This document shows, one piece after another, positions 55,171-64,000 of a DNA stretch of 64,000 nucleotides. Source of the stretch: Octopus vulgaris (Eukaryota); NCBI GenBank assembly GCA_951406725.2, contig OX597819.1, forward strand, positions 1,798,001-1,862,000, given 5' to 3'. A program made the translations under genes and the position numbers. Position 1 is the stretch's first letter. Every line of letters starts with the position of its first letter. The notes under the pieces were generated by a model. It saw nothing but the letters and a program-made list of their open reading frames with translations, was not told where the DNA came from and did not search any database.

Positions 55171-55287
55171 AATATATATATACATATACACTTATATATC
55201 GATATTAATAATACAATAATTTTTTCTTGTCAGGAACAAAAAGTTTAATAGGACTGCTATAGAAGTGCTCTATTGGAAGAGACAAAA

Positions 55288-55630
55288 ATATCAAACTAAA
55301 ATCATTGAACAAACAAATGCAAGGTCATCCGCATAGCGTTTCATAATTCGAACATTTAATTATAGAATAAACATATAACATTCCCATACCCTCGAACAAT
55401 TTATACATGGAATCATTGATCCACCGAACTACGGAATTCATCAACAAGCTAAGATGGCGAGCCTTCTTGCTTAATGATAAGAATTTTTCTCGCACCATAT
55501 TATTGTGCTATACAGATGAATTTTGTTCCATCTTGCGGGTTATATGTTTATTCTATAATTAAATGTTCGATTTATGAAATGATATGCGGATGACCTTGCA
55601 TGTGTTTGTTCAATGATTTTAGTTTGATAT
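55288..55630. mobile_element. MITE/fold-back element with about 92-bp TIRs
   Basis: 55288-55379 is the near reverse complement of 55539-55630. Confidence 0.8.
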
Positions 55631-56119
55631 ACACTTATATATGCATATATATATATATATATACACTTATATATGTAAGCGTGTGTATATGTGTGAGTGT
55701 GTTTGTGTTCCTTTCACATTTTTAATTGACTTAGCACATCATGCAACGTCTTTACTCTCGTTTGGTTTTTCTCTTTCTTTTATTTCTTGCCAAATGTTTT
55801 CTACGTTTTATTGCATTAATGAATTTAGCCTTGTGACAGATAAAAACTTTATTATATCCACATTCAAGTTTCTTTAGCTCAAATGCTGTGTAACACTGAA
55901 TGCCATTCTACTTGTTCAACTACTGCAAAACTGGAATATTTTTCGCATCAAGCAAACAAAATGGAATGCAACAGTAGTTTATCCCCAGTACATTCATAGA
56001 ATCACCCCTGTAAATTCAGAGACTTTATTAACAGTTAGGGTAATTGGCAAAAGCATAATTAAGTTTTGAATCTAGTTCGTTTATAAATATATTCATGTGT
56101 CAATTATATATTCATTTGT

Positions 56120-56435
56120 TTTTTTATTCTTTTACTTCTTTCAGTCATATGACTACGGCCATGCTGGAGCGCCGCCTTAAAAGATTTTACTCAAAGAAAT
56201 CAATCCCAGGACTTATTCTTTATAAACCTAGTACTTATTCTATCGGACCCTTTTGCTGAAACGCTAAGTTACGGGTACATAAACACGCCAGCGCAGGTTG
56301 TCAAGCGATGGCGTGGGGTAGAAACACACACACACATAAATAAATATAAATACATACATACATATATGTATATATATATATATATATATACACGACGGGC
56401 TTCTTTTAGTTTCCGTCTACCAAATCCACTCACAG
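56120..56435 (-). mobile_element. SINE family B copy
   Basis: ttcagtcatatgactacggccatgctggagc..gctaagttacgg..gtttccgtctaccaaatccactcac. Confidence 0.75.
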
Positions 56436-56504
56436 CCATGCCTTCGCCTATTTTTTGTTTTTGTTTCTCTTTCTATGATTTTAATCTCTAATTTATCTAT
56501 ATTG

Positions 56505-57203
56505 AGGATTCTAATACTGGTTTCAAATTTTGGCACAAGGCCAGCCATATAGGGAGGTTTAAATCGATTTCATCGATTCAATTGGTCAACTAGTACTTAT
56601 TTTACCAACCACGAAAGGATGAAAAGCAAAGCCGACCTCGGAGTAATTTGAACTTAGAACGTAAGAATGGACGAAATGCTACTAAGCATTTAGCCTACCT
56701 TGCTAACGTCTCTGCCAGCTCGCCGCTATTTTTAGGGTTCTAATATTGGTTTCAGATTTTGGAACAAGGCCAGTAATTTCGGGGATGGGGGTAAGTCAAT
56801 TACATCGGCTCCGTTGCTCAACTGATACTTATGTTTTCGACCATGAAGAGTTGAAAGGCAAAGACGACCTCGGTGGAATTTGAACTTAGAACGAAAGAAC
56901 GGACGAAATGCCACTAAGCATTTTGTTCGGCGTGCTAACGACTCTGCCGGCTCGCCACTATTGAGGGTTTTAATATTAGTAACATTAATAATATATCAAT
57001 AATAATGATAAGGTGGCGGATAAGATGCTTTGCGACATTTTGTTCATCTTTACGTCCTGAGTTCAAATTCTCCGAGGTCGACTTCGCATTTCATCCTTTC
57101 ACGGTTGATAAAACAAGTACCAGTTGAGAACTGGGGTCGATGTAATCGACTTACCCACTCCCCCGAACTTTCTGGCCTTATGCCAAAATTTGAAACCAAT
57201 ATT
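56505..57203. mobile_element. Cluster of three SINE family A copies (two minus tandem, one plus)
   Basis: Copies at 56505-56728 (-), 56735-56960 (-) and 57010-57203 (+). All have the ggcctt.t.ccaaaat.tgaaacca tail. Confidence 0.85.
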
Positions 57204-58117
57204 AACAACATATATATATACACCAGATGTTATCCAGAATAGTAATCATTCAGACCGCATGTAATTATATGCTCGACTGGAAATGATGAGCAAAGCTAAC
57301 ACATGTCAGTTTAACAGGATTTGGATGCATTTATGCTATGATTTATTTCTGCAACGCTGCTAATGTATTTGCATAAGCATAAATTAAAAACTAAAAACAA
57401 CGCTACAACATGGTAGGACGCATCCACTGTGTAAAGAATCAAATAGCTGAAATATATCTAAATGCATTATCATATTCTTGTTTTACAATATACATTCTAA
57501 CATTTATATACTTCATTGACACTATATTATTCATGAGTTTAACTAACCAATCTGCTTTCTTAGCCACAACTTAGAATACACAGATTTCTTGTCTGGATTG
57601 TACTATGATGCAATTCGTAGCAGGCTGCAGGAGGAAAAAAATCGATTGTAAAGTTCTTTTGTCAGAATTCTCGGCTGATGAGTAATCTATTGAATCGCTT
57701 CCATAACTTGTCAACATTATGCATCAAGATAAATGTCAAGGGTCTTAGTCTGAAAGAAAGAAATGTTGCAGCATGCAACTTACGCTATTTGCCTTACAAT
57801 TTTCTATTAACCTTTCTTATGTAGAAATGTTTTGAAAAATGTTATCTGAAAGATGTTTTGTCACAATTCTTTAACTACGAATAGTCACTCAATTTATTGA
57901 TGATAATAGGTGTAAAATTTATTTAGAAATTCTTTTCGCATGATCTTTTCTGAAAATAATCTTCGTCTACATTAATCCGTTTATCTCCTCTATTGTAATC
58001 ATAGATAAAACATGCGCTTAATTCATTTCACAATAAAAGTTGTCTGTTTTTCGCTAAATTGTATTATGCCTATTCCAATAGTACATACCAAAGAATTGCA
58101 CTAAACACGTGTCCACC

Positions 58118-58170
<53 letters not shown>

Positions 58171-58484
58171 GTGTGTGGGTGTGTGTGTGTGTAAATATAC
58201 ATATACCTATAAATGCACAGGTGCATACAAGTACATACATACAAGCACACATGCATAAATGTTTCTTCCTTTGGTTTCATCGTATGGATTGCGGTCATGT
58301 TGAGCTAACAATTATATGGGTTTGAGACGTTTACATCTATTTATACATTGACATCTGATCAGCTGGCATTTAATTTTTTCTAACCAAATATTGGCCCGTA
58401 TATGTACCAACGTATATTTGTTATATGCAACTGTAAGCATACTGATACTTACACACACACGTGTGTGTGTGTGTATGTGTGTAA

Positions 58485-58658
58485 AGGCGCAAGAGTGGAT
58501 GTGTGTTAAGAAGCTTGCTTCCCAACCACATGGTTCCAGGTTCAGTTCCACTGCGTGACACCTTAGGGAAGTGTCTTCTACTGTAGCCTCGGACCAACCG
58601 ATACCTTCTGAGTGGGTTTGGTAGACGGAAACTGAAAGAAGCCTGTCGTATACACACA

Positions 58659-58711
<53 letters not shown>

Positions 58712-58950
58712 GTATGAATTAGTTTGTGTTGGTTCTCCCACTGTCGCATTACAACCGATGTTGCTGTGTTTACGTCACCGTAACTCAGCAGTTCGGCAAA
58801 AGAAACCGAGAGAATAAGTACTAGGCTTACAAAGAATAAGTCCTGAGGTTTATCTGTTCGACTAAAGGCGGTGCTCGAGCATGGCCGCTGTCACAAGACT
58901 GAAACAGGTAAAATAGTAAAACAGGTAAAATAGTAAAAGAATAAAAGAAT
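58485..58950 (+). mobile_element. Full-length tRNA-derived SINE with internal (CA)n (family B)
   Basis: Box-like TGGATGTGTGTT and GGTTCAGTTCC, gacaccttagggaagtgtc core-like block and gactgaaac tail. Homologous to other copies in the window. Confidence 0.8.
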
Positions 58951-59036
58951 ATATATATATATATATTATACATATGTATGTATATATATATAGAGAGAGA
59001 GAGAGAGCGTGAGAGAGAGAGAGAGTGAGAGAGAGA

Positions 59037-59073
<37 letters not shown>

Positions 59074-59080
59074 GCATATA

Positions 59081-59304
59081 CAGTAATCCCTCGACTATCG
59101 CGGGTGTTACGTTCTAGAAACCCTCGCGATAGGTGAAAATCCGCGAAGTAGAAACCGTACTGTACAGTATATATATTTTTTATTATTTTTATAATTTGCA
59201 TATATTCATTTTATTATAAATGCAAAACAACACCACAGAGGAATAGATGTAAGCTCAAATGATAAATCGCAATAGGTGAACTGCGATATGGCGAGGTATT
59301 ATTG
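59081..59304. mobile_element. pogo/Tigger-type MITE
   Basis: TA|cagtaatccctcg ... cgaggtattattg|TA, with an internal repeated cgc(g/a)ataggtgaa. Confidence 0.8.
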
Positions 59305-59866
59305 TATATAGAAATATTGCAGATCTTCATATGAAATCCTGTGCTGAGGCAGATGTTGTGTAGCGTTAGGCTGTTTACTAATTAAAAAAATAATAAATAC
59401 ACGGCTTATTTTGCTTCATTTGGAATTTTTTGTCACCTAGTTAAACATGAAACCTCAAACTTATTCTTTTGTTTGATTCATCATTCGAGCACTCAACAGC
59501 CTGCTTTGTCAGAAAAATTTCGTTATCAAACTCTCTTTGCATGCTGTGACGGAACGAGTCTGACCTAGTTAATAAAAGTTTGTCATATCGAATGGTGGTG
59601 AAAAGAATTTGACAAACGAGTTGAATTAAAGATTGATAAAACGATTAATCAAATCAAAGATTGATAAAACGATTAATCAAGTAATCGATTAATTAAATGG
59701 TTATTTGGTTATTTGGTTATCTAGTTCATTCATGATAATGAAAAATATAATACATTCAATGCACACGTTTATTAATGGCCATCCCAAGAATATGTATTGT
59801 AATTGACATACACAATACAGAACGCATACGCACATATATATATATGTATAACTACATACATAAATC

Positions 59867-59901
<35 letters not shown>

Positions 59902-59928
59902 ATATATATATATATATATACATCTATA

Positions 59929-60477
59929 TGAGGTTTGATCAATAAGTAACCGGACCGTTGCCATAGTAATGAAGGTAAAGCACGCAGAGTGAAGTTACTT
60001 GGCAAAGATTGACCTTGAACTCTTCTGTGTATGCTCACTAAGTTTCAACGTTCTAGCTCACTTCTGCTGTTTACAGCAGCGCTTGGAAGGAACGTGTGTA
60101 GCGTGTGACAATGTTATCATGGCGATACCTGCTCGGAGGCCTACGCAATGTTGCAGAAAGTATATGGAGAGGAATGTATAGAGATCAGTGACACATAATC
60201 TCCTTGAAAGTGACGAGAAAGAAAACCTTTTGAAAACTTTGCGTATGTGGTCTGATCAGGTATCGCCAAGCTCTACTCAAATTTGTCCTGGTCAATGCGA
60301 CGATCACACGCTACACGCCTTGGTTCCAGGCAGTGCTGTAAACAGTGGAAGTGAGCTAGAACATTAAAACTTAGTGCACATACACAGCCGAGTTGACGGT
60401 CAATCTGTGCCAAGCGGCTTTACTCTACATGCTGTAGCTTCGTTACTATGGCAACAGACCCTATTGATCAGACCACG
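59929..60477 (+). mobile_element. Mariner-derived MITE with long (about 180 bp) imperfect TIRs
   Basis: Arms are reverse-complementary (gttctagctcacttc / gaagtgagctagaac) with TA flanks. Internal GDTCSEAYAMLQKVYGEEC is a mariner HTH remnant. Confidence 0.85.
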
Positions 60478-60483
60478 TAAATC

Positions 60484-60775
<292 letters not shown>

Positions 60776-60815
60776 CATATACATATATACATACATATAT
60801 ACACACACATTTAGT

Positions 60816-60893
<78 letters not shown>

Positions 60894-61630
60894 GTGTATG
60901 AGAAGTTTAGCTTACTAGTGATTCAAACGTTGAGTAAGTGCTATAATTGGTCATCCGTTAGGTTCCGAGTTCCCTGCTGAAGCTGGAGCTAGGTATCCGT
61001 ATTAGGCTTCCATGGTAGCAGGTATTTACTATATTAGAGGAAAAATAACAAAAAAACCTAAAGCAGGACAAAACCTTAATGCCTGACCTCTCACCCCGAA
61101 CCAACCTTTACGATGAATAACACTGGTATCTTGTCTTTATCTTTATTTCTCATTCTTTTATATTTTATTTTACATTCGCTCTCATTTTTTCCCACACTTA
61201 TCCCATTCCTTTCTCCTCTCTCTTCTATATATCCATGTGGACGATTTTCATACAAGCTAACCGCTTAATTTTAATAATGCCAAAACACTGCCTGGATTTA
61301 CCAGGGATTATAATTAAGGGCCTATGCCTTCACGGATGTACGGACCAACCTCCAAAGGGAGAAGATGAACTGTGAACTTAATTTTCCTGTTTGTATTCTT
61401 CTATCTGCGGCTTTGCTCTTTAGTCTTCTACCAATTATTTTAGTCCTTATAAACTTTTAATTTCCCTGTCAAGATCTTTCAGACATATACCCACCCTCTC
61501 TCTGATGACGAATACCCAGTGTACGGACATGCTAGCCTAAGACTTCAAATTCACCGTACCCTAATTAAATATTCTAAATGACTTGAGATACCTGGCTTGC
61601 CTTGGTTTTTGTTGTCCTTTTCCCTCTAAT

Positions 61631-61676
<46 letters not shown>

Positions 61677-61687
61677 TATATATACAA

Positions 61688-61777
<90 letters not shown>

Positions 61778-61779
61778 TA

Positions 61780-61938
61780 CAACGGCCTTCTTTCCGTCTA
61801 CCAAATCGACTCACACGGTTTTGTTTGGTCGGCCCGAGACTATAGTAGAAGACATTTGCCCAGAGTGCCACGCAGTGGCACTGTACCCGGTACCATGTGG
61901 TTGGGAGATGAGCTTCTTACCACTCAGCCACACCTGCG
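61780..61938 (-). mobile_element. SINE family B 5' half
   Basis: ccgtctaccaaatc..tagtagaagacatttgccc..ccatgtggttggga..gcttcttaccac. Confidence 0.7.
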
Positions 61939-62519
61939 TTTCCCTCTACCAAATCTACTCATACACCGAATTTAAAATAGAGCTATTTATAATTTCTTGC
62001 TGTAGAGAAATAATAATTAGGGAGATTTCTATAACATGCCATGTATCGCCCAACAATCTCTCTGACTCATTGCATACCATTAAACGTATCTGAAAAACAA
62101 AATGCAGGTTTATGAGAAAACATGAGAAAAGTACGAAAAGATAAATACGAAGGTTCACGCGAATAGTCAATTCTATCAGCTGATAGATTTTACGCTTCAA
62201 ACCTGCGATTCGAAATCGTTTCGAGTGTTACTCAAGTGAGTTGAAATAACTGCGAAATATAGATATCCACCGTTATCGCTCACCTATGCGGCAATTCCTG
62301 GTTTTGCGATATACAGTGCTTTTTAACACTCGACCTCTTAAAGGGATTTTTGCCGTGACAACATACTGCAGCTGCGAAGTGCTTTGTGAGGATTATGCTG
62401 TGTTGCTTTGCAGCAGTTTTTATTTTGTATGGCGCCATCATTATTTGGTGGCCTGTGACGGAATAGCGAAAGGAAGAGCTACACGGCAGCAACGGGAAGT
62501 TACGGTTATTTCGTCCCGG

Positions 62520-64000
62520 GTATGCTGGAACAGAATGAACTGCATTGTAATTTGGACCTGCTTCGGAAATATCAACATATGGTAAATAATTTACAGAACA
62601 TTTTCAAAAGAAAAGTAAGAGGCTCGAGAATACAACGCAGGAGGAGGTGGACGAATGCCTGGGAAAATTAAAGGGAAGCATAACGTTTTATGCCAATGGA
62701 AAAGTTACGATTCAGTGGCGGTTACCTCTGTCTCAGAAGAGGTGGCAAAAAGACACTCCACTAAGGTACTACATAGGGAAAAATGGACACTCCTCCCCAC
62801 TTACCTGGGTAAACGAGTTACCAGAATTATGATGGGCAGGATCCCACCTAGAATCAATCCAGAATGGGTAATAGCTACAATTTTCATCGCAAGAGAGGAA
62901 GGAGACAACGAGGAGGTGAAAGTAATTCTGATAAACCGGATCCAAACATGTAAGTTCATAGGGGTAGAGATAGAAATAATTTTAATAGCGAATCAGAAAG
63001 AGTGCGAAGCAATACCAGAAACATTGGAGCTGCCCAATGAGGGACAAACTAGATGTAATGTTAGAGGGGAAGCCTCCGACGTGTCACGAATGTGGAGAGA
63101 AGGGGCACATTAGAAGAAAGTGTCCAATAAAAGAAAAACAATGGGAACCACAGAAATAGGCGTAATGGAAGTGGAGAGGAGGACCCGGGAAGTGGAACAG
63201 AACATAGAGTTTATGGAGACCAAAACAGGGAAGAGAGAGGGGAGGAGTTCACCACCAAAAACGGAGCAACAACAGAAGAAACAAAGTACAGAAAGAAGTG
63301 GACCAACAAACAACGACAAGTAGAAGCAGTACGCCCTTGGGATCAGCGAAGAAAAATGCCACAAGCAGAAGAGCAACACCAAGCAAACATACAGACTTAC
63401 AATCACACAAACATAGAAACCCACAGACACATAAACACATAGACATACAGACACATAGAAATATAGACAGACAGACAGACACATAATAACACAGAGTTAC
63501 AGAAACCTAAAGGCAGAGACACACAGACACAACACGCAGACACACAAGACGTTCACAGAAACAAAATCTTTTTAGTGACATATCATACGACCCAAAAACT
63601 GGAGAGGAAAATAGCAAAAATGAAAGGGATTATTAGGGTGAATCTTTCAGAGGAATATGATAAGGATATGCGATGTATTCTGATGGAGGAAGGAAAATAT
63701 AGGTCTCTGAAAGAAGCTTTTCCTTCAGATGTAAAACCACTGGGGTCCTAGGTGAATATTGAACCCAGCGTCCCAGCGGTGAATTATGATGACATTAAAA
63801 GTGACATAAACTGGTAAGCTGAGATTATTTTTAAAGAACTGTTAAAAACTCATTGTTTGAAATAATTGAAATCACATAACTATCCTGGAGTGGGGCGGGG
63901 GTGGCCGTTTCACCTTCATTGTATAATTTCATCTTATTCATTTTTCATATGTTAATTGTTCCCGCATGTCTGTTTGTCCTCTGTATGTCGGCCCCTTGTG
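62520..64000 (+). mobile_element. ORF1-only (HAL1-like) non-LTR element, decayed; runs off window end
   Basis: Frameshifted ORF1-like protein (LLPTYLGKRVTRIMMGRIPP) with gag knuckle CHECGEKGHIRRKC at 63082-63123. No RT follows. It ends with tgtctgtttgtcctctgtatgtcggccccttgtg, matching the LINE/SINE tail. Confidence 0.65.

Noticed and set aside
61495-61545. CTGATGA motif in a pLTR-like region
   Set aside because: No GAAA box or stem III in register; too decayed to call.

Overview
This is a very AT-rich, microsatellite-dense eukaryotic intergenic/intronic window. The repeat landscape suggests an octopus-type cephalopod (inference). I cannot support any intact host gene, and most of the ORF track is microsatellite noise. 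The window holds retroelement and DNA-transposon debris: Tx1/L1-like LINE pieces, R4/Dong-like RLE LINE pieces, a Neptune-like Penelope GIY-YIG fragment, many tRNA-derived SINEs, mariner/pogo MITEs and a Helitron 3' end. The most striking signal is a set of minimal type I hammerhead ribozymes with non-canonical cores. A 360-bp, highly self-complementary unit is repeated 2.33 times head-to-tail inside a (TA)n tract (27244-28084). Each full unit carries a minus-strand hammerhead (CCGAUGA core, palindromic stem III, GUC site) and built-in antisense 'off' sequences, making it a candidate retrozyme/circular-RNA element. It lies beside a Penelope element whose hammerhead has a U3-A8 core. A second theme is a Tx1-like LINE, an ORF1-only element and a SINE subfamily that share one 3' tail.
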